NCBI GenBank assembly: GCA_963707635.1
Contig: OY970173.1
Coordinates: 1,387,663-1,451,662, forward strand
Length of the DNA: 64,000 nt
Direction: 5' to 3'
Source: Candidatus Latescibacterota bacterium
GTDB taxonomy: Bacteria; Krumholzibacteriota; Krumholzibacteriia; WVZY01; JAKEHA01
Shown here one piece after another: positions 52,494-62,380 of the stretch. A program made the position numbers and the translations under genes. Within the stretch, counting starts at the first letter, position 1. Each line of letters begins with the position of its first letter. Under the pieces are notes generated by a model that searched no databases, had not been told where the DNA came from, and saw nothing but the letters and a program-made list of their open reading frames with translations.

Positions 52494-54322
52494 TGAGACT
52501 CACACACTTCGTGGTCGTGGCGGCCGTAGCGGTGGCGGTGTCGTGGCCCGTGGCGGCGGCGGCGGAGAAGGCGAAGTCGCTCCCGGCCGGCTACCTCGCG
52601 CTCGATCAGTCGCAGGCGATTCTGGACAAGACGCTGCGCGTGCACCTCGCGCCCGATATCACGCTCCTCACCGAACGGGAACGCCGCACCGTCGACCTGT
52701 TGATCGAAGTGGGTGCAATCGTGCAGCGATTGCACGAATCCATGAAGCACCGACAAGCGCTCGAGGCGCAGGACGAGCTGGTCGCCCTCGATCGCGAGCT
52801 CGGCTCGCCCGCCGCGACGCAGAACCTGCTCGTCCTCTATTACATGAGCGAGGGGCCCGTCGTGCGTATGCTCGACAACGTCCGCCGGCCGGTGCTGCCG
52901 GTGGACCCGCCCGCGCCCGGCGGGACCGTGTACCCGTGGGGGGTGACGAAGGAGGAGATCGACGCCTTCCTCGCCGCCCATCCGGATGCGCGCGCGTCGA
53001 TCCTGGCCCCGCGGACCGCGGTGCGTCGGGCGGACAAGGCGTCGCTAAAGCGGGATCTCGCGACGTTGGACCGCTACCCCGTGCTCGGCGCGCTGCACGC
53101 GGGCCTCGAGGCCTCGCTCGAAGCGGCCGCGCGGAAGCCCGACCCGAAGGCGTTCTACGCCGTTCCGTACTCGGTCGCGTTCGCGGACGAGCTGGTTTCG
53201 GTGCACGCGCTCCTCTCCCGCGCCGCCGAAACCATCGAGCCCGAGGACGAGGATTTCGCGGCCTACCTGCGGAACCGCGCGCGCGATCTCTTGAGCGACG
53301 ACTACGAGTCCGGCGACGCGTCCTGGGTGGCGGGACGGTTCCACACCCTCAACGCCCAGATCGGCTCTTACGAGACCTACGACGACGAGCTGTACGGATC
53401 CAAGACCTACTTCGGGTGCAACGTACTCATCGTCGATCGCGCGCGCAGCGACGCGCTGCGGACGGCCACCGCGGAGCTGCAGCGATTCGAGGACTCGCTC
53501 CCCTATGACGAGGGCAAGCCGCACAAGCGCGTGCGCACGGACATCCCCGTCGGCGCCTACGACGTAGTCGCCGACTTCGGGCAGTCGCGGGGAACCAACA
53601 CCGCGAGCATCCTGCCCAACGACGCCGGCATGGCGCGCAAGTATGGGCGCACGATTCTGCTGCGCCGCAATATCATGACCGACCCCGGACTGTTCGAAAT
53701 CAGCCGCGGTGCGTACGTGGCCGCGGTGAGCGACGAATTCGCGAACGACCTCACTGCCGACGCGGGCTTCCAACGCACCCTGTGGCACGAAGTAGGGCAC
53801 TACCTGGGTGTGGCCCGCACGCGCGACGGTCGCGATCTGGATCTGGCGTTGGAGCAGGCGTCGGCTATCTACGAAGAGATGAAGGCCGACCTGGTGTCGC
53901 TCTATATCGCGCCCGAGCTGGAGCGGATGGGCTACTACGACGCGGCGGCGCGGCGCTCCCTGTACGCGAGCGGCGTGCGCCGGGTGCTGCAGAAGAACCG
54001 GCCCGAGCGCGCGCAGGTGTATCAGACCATGCAGCTGATGCAGTGGAACTACTTCCTTGCCAACGGCGCGCTGACCTTCGACGGCGCCGGCGGCCGCCTG
54101 GTCATCCACTACGATCGCTTTCCCGACGCGGTGGCGAAGATGCTGCGCGAGGTGCTCGAGATCCAGGCGGCGGGTGACCGTCCGGCGGCGGAAGCCTATA
54201 TCACCAAGTGGACCGAGTGGCGCGACGACCTCCATGGACGCGTCGCCGCCGCCATGCGCGCGGCGGAGAAGTACCGGTACGCGTACGTCACCTACGAGCT
54301 GGTCGACGGCCCGGCGGAATGA
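52490..54322 (+). CDS. Secreted putative zinc metallopeptidase (HExxH … EExxAD; hypothetical)
   Basis: ATG overlaps the upstream stop (ATGA). Signal peptide MMRLTHFVVVAAVAVAVSWPVAAAAE. Zinc-binding-like motifs …TLWHEVGHYLGV… and, ~25 residues downstream, …YEEMKADLVS…. No specific family recognised; possibly distantly M49/DPP-III-like. Confidence 0.55.
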   Translation: MMRLTHFVVVAAVAVAVSWPVAAAAEKAKSLPAGYLALDQSQAILDKTLRVHLAPDITLLTERERRTVDLLIEVGAIVQRLHESMKHRQALEAQDELVALDRELGSPAATQNLLVLYYMSEGPVVRMLDNVRRPVLPVDPPAPGGTVYPWGVTKEEIDAFLAAHPDARASILAPRTAVRRADKASLKRDLATLDRYPVLGALHAGLEASLEAAARKPDPKAFYAVPYSVAFADELVSVHALLSRAAETIEPEDEDFAAYLRNRARDLLSDDYESGDASWVAGRFHTLNAQIGSYETYDDELYGSKTYFGCNVLIVDRARSDALRTATAELQRFEDSLPYDEGKPHKRVRTDIPVGAYDVVADFGQSRGTNTASILPNDAGMARKYGRTILLRRNIMTDPGLFEISRGAYVAAVSDEFANDLTADAGFQRTLWHEVGHYLGVARTRDGRDLDLALEQASAIYEEMKADLVSLYIAPELERMGYYDAAARRSLYASGVRRVLQKNRPERAQVYQTMQLMQWNYFLANGALTFDGAGGRLVIHYDRFPDAVAKMLREVLEIQAAGDRPAAEAYITKWTEWRDDLHGRVAAAMRAAEKYRYAYVTYELVDGPAE

Positions 54323-55236
54323 CCGGCACCGCGTCACCGCCGGCCGCGCGCCGCGGCGAGCTCGAGATCGTCGCCGGGAGCGTGCTGATCAGCTTCTCGG
54401 CCGTGTTCGTGAAGCTGGCCCACGTGGGACCGACCGCGGCGGGCGTGTATCGTAACGCCTTCGGCGCGATGGCGCTGCTCGCGCTGGTGGCGCTGCGGCG
54501 CGACCGGCTGTGGAATGGGATGCGCCGGGCGCGCTGGGCGCTGGCGGCCGGCGCGTGCTTCACCGCCGACATCTACTTCTGGCATCGCTCCATCAACTAC
54601 GTGGGCCCCGGTCTGGCGACGATCCTGGGAAACTTCCAGGTCTTCTTTCTCGCCGCCACCGGGATTCTCGTGTTCCATGAGCGCGCGACGCTACGGTTTC
54701 TGCTCGCCGTTCCCCTCGCCGTTGCCGGCCTGTTCCTGCTCGTCGGTCTCCACTGGGGCGATTTCGACGCCACCTACCGGCGCGGTGTGCTCTACGGGCT
54801 GCTCACCGCGGCGAGCTATGCCGCGTACCTGCTCTGCCTGCGGGCGGCGGGCCGCGAGCGCGACCGGGTATCCGCCGTGGCCAACATGGCGGGAGTGTCG
54901 ATGGTGACGGCCGCGTTGCTCACCGCCATTGCGCTGGCACAGCGCGAGAGCCTGCGCATCCCGGACGCGCGGACCCTCGCGGTGCTGGTCGCGTACGGGG
55001 TGCTCTGCCAGGCGATCGGGTGGATTATCATCTCGCGCCGCCTGCGCGAGGTCGACGCGTCCCGGGCGTCGCTCATCCTGTTGCTCCAGCCGTCGCTCAC
55101 GCTGATCTGGGACATTCTCTTCTTCGGCCGGCCGACCGCGCCAATCGAGGCCGGCGGCGCCGCGCTCACGCTTGCCGCGATCTACCTGGGCAGTGCTCGT
55201 CCGCGCGCGAGCGCCTCCGCGGGAGGCCGCCCGTGA
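54319..55236 (+). CDS. DMT superfamily (EamA-type) transporter
   Basis: ATG overlaps the upstream stop (ATGA). Ten TM segments in two EamA-like halves (…SVLISFSAVFVKLA…, …LGNFQVFFLAATGILVF…). Confidence 0.8.
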   Translation: MTGTASPPAARRGELEIVAGSVLISFSAVFVKLAHVGPTAAGVYRNAFGAMALLALVALRRDRLWNGMRRARWALAAGACFTADIYFWHRSINYVGPGLATILGNFQVFFLAATGILVFHERATLRFLLAVPLAVAGLFLLVGLHWGDFDATYRRGVLYGLLTAASYAAYLLCLRAAGRERDRVSAVANMAGVSMVTAALLTAIALAQRESLRIPDARTLAVLVAYGVLCQAIGWIIISRRLREVDASRASLILLLQPSLTLIWDILFFGRPTAPIEAGGAALTLAAIYLGSARPRASASAGGRP

Positions 55237-55669
55237 ACTGGCGGCTCCTGGGATCGCTGGCGCCGATCGGCCCGGTGATGGGCACGCTCATGGTGCTCGG
55301 GGTGCTTTCCGAAGGGGCGCGGACCGGTTCGTGTGGTTCGCGGTCGTGATCGGGACCGCGCTCCTGGTGGCGCGGCGCGTGCCCGCGCGTGCACTCCTGC
55401 ACGGGGCCCTGGCGGGATTCTGGAACGGTGCCACCTCCACGCTGGTACAGGCGCTCTTCCTGGAGACGCTGGTTGCCAACAACCCATGGTTCCCCGACGC
55501 GTTCGCAAAGCAGCCACCGGGATTCGACCTCGACTATTTCGTATTCATGACAGTGCCGTTCATCGGCGTCGCCGGGGGCGCGATGACGGGACTCCTCTCC
55601 ATGCTGGCCGTGCGCATCTTCGCCGCGCGCGCGGCGGCTCGTTCCGGCGGCGGAGAAACGCGTTCTTGA
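55233..55669 (+). pseudogene. Small polytopic membrane protein gene, apparently frameshifted (or sequencing error)
   Basis: A GTG overlapping the DMT stop (GTGA) opens frame 0, giving VNWRLLGSLAPIGPVMGTLMVLGVLSEGARTGSCGSRS-stop at 55349. From ~55310 the +2 frame continues as …FVWFAVVIGTALLVARR…FLETLVANNPWFPDAF…FVFMTVPFIGVAGGAMTGLLSMLAVRIF… to 55669. Together they read as one ~145-aa 4-TM protein interrupted by a 1-nt frame change near 55300-55330. Confidence 0.35.
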
Positions 55670-55702
55670 CAATCCATCGCGCATGACCAACGCTCTGTCA
55701 GA

Positions 55703-57142
55703 ATGAAAAAACACGCCGAGCTCAACCTCCGACGGCGCACGAAGATCGTGGGCACGCTCGGGCCCGCCAGCGATTCCCCCGCCATGATCGAGTCCCTCAT
55801 CCAGGCGGGGCTCAACGTCGCGCGCATCAATACCTCGCACGGCACGCTGGAATCGCACGCGCGCATGATCGCCAATGTTCGCGCGGTGGCGAAGAAGCTC
55901 GGCGTGTACGTGCCGGTGCTGCTCGACCTGTCCGGGCTGAAGATGCGCATCGGGACCATCGCGGCGGGGTCGGCGGTGCTGCGCGCCGGCGACCGCTTCG
56001 CGCTCACAACCCGCGCAGTCCCGGGGGACTGGAAGGCGGTGTCGATCAACTACCCGGCGCTGGTCAGCGACGTGTCTCCCGGCGACCGCATTCTGATGGG
56101 TGACGGTGAGATCGAACTGCGCGCGGTGTCGAAGACGGACACCGACCTCGAGTGCGAGGTCGTGGTGGGCGGCGAGTTGAGGTCCAATAAGGGCGTCAAC
56201 ACGCCGGGGGTGAAGCTGCGGGAAACGGTGCCGACCGAGAAGGACCTGGGCAACGTCGCCTTCGGCATCAAGCACGGCGTGGATTTCTTCGCGCTCTCGT
56301 TCATTCGCAACGCCGAGGAAGTCCGGCGCCTGCGCTGGGTGTTGCGCGAGCAGGGCGCCGACATCGCGATCATCGCGAAGATCGAGAAGAAGGAAGCGCT
56401 CGACAACCTCCCGGACATCCTCGGCGCCTCGGACGCCGTGATGATCGCGCGCGGGGACCTGGGGCTGGAGCTGCCGATCGAACAGGTGCCCCTGATCCAG
56501 AAGGACGTGATCCGGGCCGCGCTGGAGGCGAGCAAGCCGGTCATCACGGCGACGCAGATGCTCGAGTCGATGATCCAGAACCCGCGGCCGACGCGTGCGG
56601 AAGCGGCGGACATCGCCAATGCGGTGTTCGACGGCACCGACGCGGTGATGCTCTCGGGAGAGACCGCGTCGGGCAAGTACCCGATCGAAGCGGTCCGCAC
56701 CATGGCCGAGGTCGCGGAGGCGAGCGAGGCGCGCATCGATTATGCGAAGCGATTCGCGGAGATCGCCCCTAACCCCGGGCGCACGATCCCGGAGGCGGTG
56801 GCGCACGCCGCGTGCCTGACCGCGATCGAGATCGGGGCGCGCGTGATTCTTTGTTGCACGCGCTCGGGCCAGACGGCGTTGTACGTCTCGAACCGGCGCG
56901 CGCCGACCAAGATCGCCGTCATCAGCCCCCACGAGCCGACACTCAATCGCACGATGCTGTACTGGAACGCGGTGTCGGTGAAGATCCGCGGCGGCGGCGA
57001 CACCGACGCCATGATCGGTGCCGCCAAGGACGCGGTGGTGGCGGCCGGCATCGCGCAGCCGGGCGACCGCGTGGTGGTGGTGGCGGGCGTTCCGGTCGAC
57101 GTGCCGGGAACCACCAACATGATCAAGGCCGACGTCTTGTAG
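55703..57142 (+). CDS. pyk: Pyruvate kinase
   Basis: …RRTKIVGTLGPASD…, …NVARINTSHG…, …IIAKIEKKEALDNL…, …MIARGDLGLE… and …MLSGETASGKYP… are canonical PK motifs. Confidence 0.95.
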   Translation: MKKHAELNLRRRTKIVGTLGPASDSPAMIESLIQAGLNVARINTSHGTLESHARMIANVRAVAKKLGVYVPVLLDLSGLKMRIGTIAAGSAVLRAGDRFALTTRAVPGDWKAVSINYPALVSDVSPGDRILMGDGEIELRAVSKTDTDLECEVVVGGELRSNKGVNTPGVKLRETVPTEKDLGNVAFGIKHGVDFFALSFIRNAEEVRRLRWVLREQGADIAIIAKIEKKEALDNLPDILGASDAVMIARGDLGLELPIEQVPLIQKDVIRAALEASKPVITATQMLESMIQNPRPTRAEAADIANAVFDGTDAVMLSGETASGKYPIEAVRTMAEVAEASEARIDYAKRFAEIAPNPGRTIPEAVAHAACLTAIEIGARVILCCTRSGQTALYVSNRRAPTKIAVISPHEPTLNRTMLYWNAVSVKIRGGGDTDAMIGAAKDAVVAAGIAQPGDRVVVVAGVPVDVPGTTNMIKADVL

Positions 57143-57216
57143 ACGAGGAATCGAGAAGCACGAGCGGGTGGCGCCACCGGGCTGTCGGCGACAGGACCCG
57201 CGTAGTTATACGGGCA

Positions 57217-58653
57217 ATGCTGAAGGATCGATACCCCTACTATCTCGCCAATCGCGCCGTCCAGGCCAACGCCGACCTGCCGGTGAGCGACAAGTACCGC
57301 GGCGAGGTCGCGACCCGCGTGGCACTCGCGGACGACCGGGTCTACGACGAGGCGATCGGACTCGCGGTCGCGGCGGCCCCGGCGATGCGCGCGCTGGCCG
57401 CGTTCGAACGGCGCGACGCGCTCCTGCACTGCGTGCGCCGGTTCGGCGAGCGGCGCGACGAGCTCGCGGAAGTGCTGTGCGTCGAGGCGGGGAAGCCCAT
57501 CACCGACAGCCGCGGCGAGGTCGGGCGCCTGATCGACACCTTCCAGGTCGCGGCCGAGGAGGCGACCCGCCTCACCGGCGAAGTGATGCCGCTCGACATC
57601 TCGCCGCGCTCGCGCGACTACAGCGGCATGTGGAAGCGCGTCCCGGTCGGTGTGTGCGCATTCATCACGCCGTTCAACTTTCCGCTGAACCTGGTCGCGC
57701 ACAAGGTGGCACCGGCGCTCGCGGTGGGCTGCCCGTTCGTGCTCAAGCCGGCCAGCACCACGCCCGTGGGCGCGTTGCTGGTGGGAGAGATCCTGGCCGA
57801 GACGGCGCTGCCCGCGGGCGCGTTCTCGATCCTGCCCGCGCGCGGGGCGGACGCGGAACGTCTCGCCACCGACGAGCGTATCCGCTTCTTGAGCTTCACC
57901 GGTTCCCCTTCGGTCGGGTGGGCGCTGAAGGCGCGCGCCGGGCGCAAGAAGGTGACCCTCGAGCTCGGTGGCAACGCCGCCGTGATCGTCGACGCGGACG
58001 CGGACCTCGACGACGCGGTGGCGCGTATTGTCTTTGGAGCGTTCTACCAGTCGGGGCAGAGCTGCATCGGCGTGCAGCGCGTCATCGTACACGAGTCGAT
58101 CTACGACGCGTTCAGGTCGAAGCTCGTTACCGCCACCGCGGCCCTCAAGATGGGCGACCCGCGGCGCGAGCACACGTTCATCGGCCCGATGATCTCCGAA
58201 GAGGAAGCGCGCCGGCTGGCGGGGTGGATCGACGCGGCCCGCACCCGCGGCGCGCGGGTGCTGACCGGCGGCAGGCGCGACGGGGCGCTGCTGGAGGCGA
58301 CGTTGCTCGAGAACGTCCCCCGCGACGCCGACCTGTGCGCGAAGGAAGCGTTCGGCCCCGTGGCGGTATTGTCGACGTTTCGGGACTTCGACGCGGCCCT
58401 CGACGAGGTCAACGACAGCGTCTACGGGTTGCAGGCGGGGGTGTTTACGCGCGACATATACCGGGCCCACCGCGCGTGGGACCGGCTGGAAGTGGGAGCG
58501 GTGATCGTCGGCGACGTGCCGTCGTGGCGCGTCGACCACATGCCCTACGGAGGGGTCAAGGAGAGCGGGCAGGGGCGCGAGGGAGTACGGTTCGCCATGG
58601 AAGAAATGACGGAGATCCGCATGTTCGTGCTGCGGACCCCGCCCGCGCGCTGA
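57217..58653 (+). CDS. NAD(P)-dependent aldehyde dehydrogenase family protein
   Basis: …FITPFNFPLNL…, Glu motif …LELGGNAA…, catalytic Cys …YQSGQSCIGVQRV…, and …EAFGPV…. The ORF-track start at 56812 is an Arg-rich upstream extension through pyk. Confidence 0.9.
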   Translation: MLKDRYPYYLANRAVQANADLPVSDKYRGEVATRVALADDRVYDEAIGLAVAAAPAMRALAAFERRDALLHCVRRFGERRDELAEVLCVEAGKPITDSRGEVGRLIDTFQVAAEEATRLTGEVMPLDISPRSRDYSGMWKRVPVGVCAFITPFNFPLNLVAHKVAPALAVGCPFVLKPASTTPVGALLVGEILAETALPAGAFSILPARGADAERLATDERIRFLSFTGSPSVGWALKARAGRKKVTLELGGNAAVIVDADADLDDAVARIVFGAFYQSGQSCIGVQRVIVHESIYDAFRSKLVTATAALKMGDPRREHTFIGPMISEEEARRLAGWIDAARTRGARVLTGGRRDGALLEATLLENVPRDADLCAKEAFGPVAVLSTFRDFDAALDEVNDSVYGLQAGVFTRDIYRAHRAWDRLEVGAVIVGDVPSWRVDHMPYGGVKESGQGREGVRFAMEEMTEIRMFVLRTPPAR

Positions 58654-58691
58654 TATCGTACCAAAGAACTCGAGAAGGAGCGGAAACAGCG

Positions 58692-60410
58692 ATGAAATGG
58701 ATAACGGCGGCTTGCGTGTTGGCACTGTTCACGGGCGTGGCCATGGCGGTATCGGCGGACAAGGACTTCGAGTCGCTTGCAAACGCGTATGTAGCGCAAC
58801 TGCTCGCGATCAACCCCGAGCTCGCCACGACGCTGGGGAACCATCAGTACGACGGGCGGCTGACCGACCGTTCGGCCGCGGGCGTGGCCGCGCAAGCGAC
58901 GCTGGCGAAGGAGTACCTGTCCAAACTCGGCGCCATCGATGCCTCGAAGTTGAGCGAGGTCAACGCGATCGATTGCGACATCCTGCGGCTCAACCTCGAG
59001 CGCACGGTGTTCGAAGTGGACGATCTGCGCGAGCACGAGTGGAATCCGCTCTTCTATAACATGGGAGGAGCGATCTACGCGCTGGTCGCGCGCGACTTCG
59101 CTCCCATCGACAAGCGCCTGAAGAGCGTCGAGGAGCGCCTGCAGGGCATACCGGCGGTGGTGGCGGCAGCGAAGGCGAATCTCAAGCAGCCGCCCGAGAT
59201 GCACACGCGCACCGCGATGTTGCAGAACCAGGGCAACATCGCGCTGATTCGCGACGACCTGTCGCAATTCGTGGCGCAGGCGCCGGACATGGAGAAGGAG
59301 CTGGCGCCCGCGCGCGCGGCCGCCGTGGCCGCGCTCGAGGAGTACGGCACCTGGCTGGAGAAGGACCTGCTGCCGCGCTCGACCGGCGACTTCCGGCTCG
59401 GCGACGCGATGTGGCGTAAGAAGCTCCGCTTTTCGCTCGACTCCGACCTCTCCAAGGAGGAGATCTACGCGCGCGCCACCGCGGACCTCAAGGCCACACA
59501 GCAGGCGATGTACGCGACCGCGCTGCCGCTCTTCAAGAAGTTCCACCCCGAGATCACGGACCCGGCGGTGCTCGCCGACGTCAAGCACATCAACCGCGCG
59601 GTGCTCGACAAGCTGGCCGAATCGCGGCCCAGCAACGAGACCATCGTCGACGAGGCCAAGGCCACGCTGGACGCGGCGACCAAATTCACGCGCGAGCACA
59701 AGCTCATCACGGTTCCGAACGAACCCGTCAAGATCATCGTGATGCCGGAGTTCCAGCGCGGCGTTGCCATCGCGTACTGCGAGAGCCCCGGCCCGCTCGA
59801 GCCGAACGGGGAGACCTTCTACTCGATCGCGCCCACGCCGAAGGACTGGACGTCAGAGCGCGCCGAGTCGTTCTTCAAGGAGTACAACGACTACATGCTC
59901 TGCGACCTCACCGTGCACGAGGCGATGCCCGGGCACTACCTCCAGGGTGCGCATTCGAACCAGTTTCGCGCGCCGACTTTGGTGCGCGCGATCTTCTCCA
60001 GCGGCTCGTTCGCGGAAGGGTGGGCCGTGTACACCGAGAAGGTGATGGCGGAAGCGGGCTTCGGCGGTCCGGAGGTCCGGATGCAACAGCTCAAGATGCG
60101 GTTGCGCGTGATCATCAATGCTATCATCGACCAGAAGATCCACACCGAAGGCATGAGCGAAGCCGACGCGATGGCGATCATGAAGAACGAGGGCTTCCAG
60201 GAAGACGGGGAGGCCGCCGGCAAGTGGCGCCGCGCGTGTCTCACCTCGACGCAGCTCTCGACCTACTTCGTCGGCAGCGCCGAGGTCGAAGGGATGCGAA
60301 CCGCGTACGAGGCGAAGAACAAGAACGTGAACCTGATGAAGATGCACGACACCATGCTCTCCTTCGGGACGCCGTCGCCGAAGTACGTGCGCCGCATGAT
60401 GGGGCTGTAG
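58692..60410 (+). CDS. DUF885 family protein (putative secreted metallopeptidase-like)
   Basis: GAAGGAG RBS. Signal peptide MKWITAACVLALFTGVAMAVSA. The conserved DUF885 motif …DLTVHEAMPGHYLQGAH… is present. 572 aa. The ORF-track frame from 57168 is an artefactual upstream extension. Confidence 0.75.
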   Translation: MKWITAACVLALFTGVAMAVSADKDFESLANAYVAQLLAINPELATTLGNHQYDGRLTDRSAAGVAAQATLAKEYLSKLGAIDASKLSEVNAIDCDILRLNLERTVFEVDDLREHEWNPLFYNMGGAIYALVARDFAPIDKRLKSVEERLQGIPAVVAAAKANLKQPPEMHTRTAMLQNQGNIALIRDDLSQFVAQAPDMEKELAPARAAAVAALEEYGTWLEKDLLPRSTGDFRLGDAMWRKKLRFSLDSDLSKEEIYARATADLKATQQAMYATALPLFKKFHPEITDPAVLADVKHINRAVLDKLAESRPSNETIVDEAKATLDAATKFTREHKLITVPNEPVKIIVMPEFQRGVAIAYCESPGPLEPNGETFYSIAPTPKDWTSERAESFFKEYNDYMLCDLTVHEAMPGHYLQGAHSNQFRAPTLVRAIFSSGSFAEGWAVYTEKVMAEAGFGGPEVRMQQLKMRLRVIINAIIDQKIHTEGMSEADAMAIMKNEGFQEDGEAAGKWRRACLTSTQLSTYFVGSAEVEGMRTAYEAKNKNVNLMKMHDTMLSFGTPSPKYVRRMMGL

Positions 60411-60460
60411 GGAGTGCGTTTTTTTTGGAAGGGCCCGCTACGCACAGCAGAGTGCGCGCA

Positions 60461-62380
60461 ATGAGCATCGTTTTGAGGTTCGTGCGAACGATCGGCGTAC
60501 TGATCATTACTCTTGTGCTTGCGGAGCACGCGCATGCAGGGCCTCCGCTCGCGCTAATCTTCACGCCTGGCAACCAACTCGCCCACCACGAGTCCTACTG
60601 GTTGGCTCCATACACCCTGTACACGATGCTGGAGGTCGGTTCCTCCCGTGAGACACGCGTTCAATGGTTCACCGCCGACGGCAGGTTGAAGCATGAGGTT
60701 CGAAACGCTGATGTCGACAACCCGGGGTTCGTCAGACGACAGGACACCAGAGGCGAAACCTTCACGTCGGTCGCGAATCCGCATTGGGAGGTCTTTCTGC
60801 CTGCACGCAGGGACTGGGAGGGCCCGAGCGGATTCATCGCGTGGTCGCCGGATGGCAGAGTATTCATACATTCGAGTCGCGTGGGTGAAGCGTACGACGA
60901 ATGGCCGCGCATCCCGACGACGATCGAGATGTTCATCGAAGGGAAACGGAAGACGCTCGGACCCTACACTGGCGCGCCGCGCGCGATTCAGCTCGATCCC
61001 AGTGGCGCCCTGGCCGTCCATTTCTTGGACGGACGACTGGTCCTCGTCGATCGGAGCGGGCGCGAGAGGTTTCAAACGACAGCGCCAGTGACTCCGGGCA
61101 CGCGGCTGTTGGGCTGCAACGACTACGGTGTCCTGGTGGGAGATATGGACGACACGAGCCCAATTGAGTATTACGGCGTCGAAGGCGGTCGGACCTCCTT
61201 CAGAAAGCCAGGCGGGTACCCTGCCGTCTGGATCGGACGTGATCGGGTACTCTTTGACAGCGCGCCCGACAGTTTGCTCCTTGTCGACTGCGCCAAGGGT
61301 GGAGTGATCTGGCGAAGGCATCATGACGGTGAGAGAATTGTTTCAGGATCGCAAGCATACGCTGTCGTCGAGCCGTATCTGATCACAGCGGCAGCCGAGC
61401 TGCGCCCGTCGTCGGATGCCGAGTGGCCCGCGCTTTGGCTTCGCGCGCTCGAGCTTGAGACCGGTAAGCTCGTGGCGACCTGGGCGGGTAACCAGACTCG
61501 CGGCGCCCAGCCGCGCTTCTTCGAGAACGATGGGAGGGTCCTGTTCTTGGATGGTTCACGGCTCTCCAATGTCGACCCGGACGACATTCGGGAAAGCCGA
61601 CAAGGATGGAGTTCTAGTCGGCCACCGGAACCTGCACCACCCCTCTTCGAAGAGGGCCCTGCGGCGAGTCCGCTGTCGTGGGAGCCGATCCAGCCGCGCA
61701 AGCAAGCGACCGCGATGCTGTTCACGCCGCGGCAGCGGATCGCGAACGTCGACCCCCTTCCTACTTCTGTGAACCTTGTGGACTTTCGCGATTCCCGGCC
61801 TTACGGCGAGAAGGAGCGACGCGATGTCTGGCTAGCCCGCTATGATTCGGTGCGCGTGCAAATCGACAGCACTCGTATTGCTATAGTGGAACACCTTTCG
61901 GCGGCATTCGACGCCACGACTGGTGATCTCGTGTGCGTCTTCACGGATCCGGCCCCCCGATGGATCCGTTCCAAGCAAGAGCCCGTCGACGCCGAGGCAC
62001 GCGTCAGGGAATCACGCCACAGCGAGCTCGCGCCGGCTGAGTACTCCAGCTTGCAGTCGACCCCTGTGGACATCGTCGGTGCGCTGCTGGGCTCGCGCTA
62101 CGTCGAGCTGAGTACTGTGGGGCAGATCGTGCTGCGACCGCGTTTCGTCACTGCGCAGTTCCCGGCGCGTCGGTTCGAGGGCAAGCTCATTCCGATCATC
62201 CCACCGTCCAACATGTGGATCGTCGAGGTGCTGGGATTCAAGGCGGATCAAGTAGTGGGTGATCGTCCCGAGGTTGAGTGCATCCCGATCGCCGGCATCC
62301 CAAGTGATCGTCACGTTCCCGCCATTGTCATCGGGGACGTCCGCAACCGACGTGATGGTCGGTTCTGGCCTGCCCCATGA
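60461..62380 (+). CDS. Hypothetical secreted protein (lower-GC region; no recognisable family)
   Basis: Signal peptide MSIVLRFVRTIGVLIITLVLAEHAHA. 639 aa, with several …WSPDG…/…DG(R)… beta-propeller-like segments. Local GC is clearly below the window average. The 3' ~100 nt overlap a minus-strand repeat remnant, so the true C-terminus is uncertain. Confidence 0.5.
   Translation: MSIVLRFVRTIGVLIITLVLAEHAHAGPPLALIFTPGNQLAHHESYWLAPYTLYTMLEVGSSRETRVQWFTADGRLKHEVRNADVDNPGFVRRQDTRGETFTSVANPHWEVFLPARRDWEGPSGFIAWSPDGRVFIHSSRVGEAYDEWPRIPTTIEMFIEGKRKTLGPYTGAPRAIQLDPSGALAVHFLDGRLVLVDRSGRERFQTTAPVTPGTRLLGCNDYGVLVGDMDDTSPIEYYGVEGGRTSFRKPGGYPAVWIGRDRVLFDSAPDSLLLVDCAKGGVIWRRHHDGERIVSGSQAYAVVEPYLITAAAELRPSSDAEWPALWLRALELETGKLVATWAGNQTRGAQPRFFENDGRVLFLDGSRLSNVDPDDIRESRQGWSSSRPPEPAPPLFEEGPAASPLSWEPIQPRKQATAMLFTPRQRIANVDPLPTSVNLVDFRDSRPYGEKERRDVWLARYDSVRVQIDSTRIAIVEHLSAAFDATTGDLVCVFTDPAPRWIRSKQEPVDAEARVRESRHSELAPAEYSSLQSTPVDIVGALLGSRYVELSTVGQIVLRPRFVTAQFPARRFEGKLIPIIPPSNMWIVEVLGFKADQVVGDRPEVECIPIAGIPSDRHVPAIVIGDVRNRRDGRFWPAP

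Noticed and set aside
57168-58691. Upstream 508-aa portion of the 1080-aa + strand ORF 57168..60410
   Set aside because: It runs in an alternate frame through the aldehyde dehydrogenase gene with Arg/Gly/Pro-rich translation. Only the C-terminal 572 aa, from the RBS-preceded ATG at 58692, form the DUF885 protein.
55166-58725. Minus-strand ORFs 55166..56932 (588 aa) and 56740..58725 (661 aa) antisense to pyk and the aldehyde dehydrogenase
   Set aside because: Pyruvate kinase and ALDH motifs are unequivocal on the + strand. The antisense frames are Arg/Asp/His-rich.
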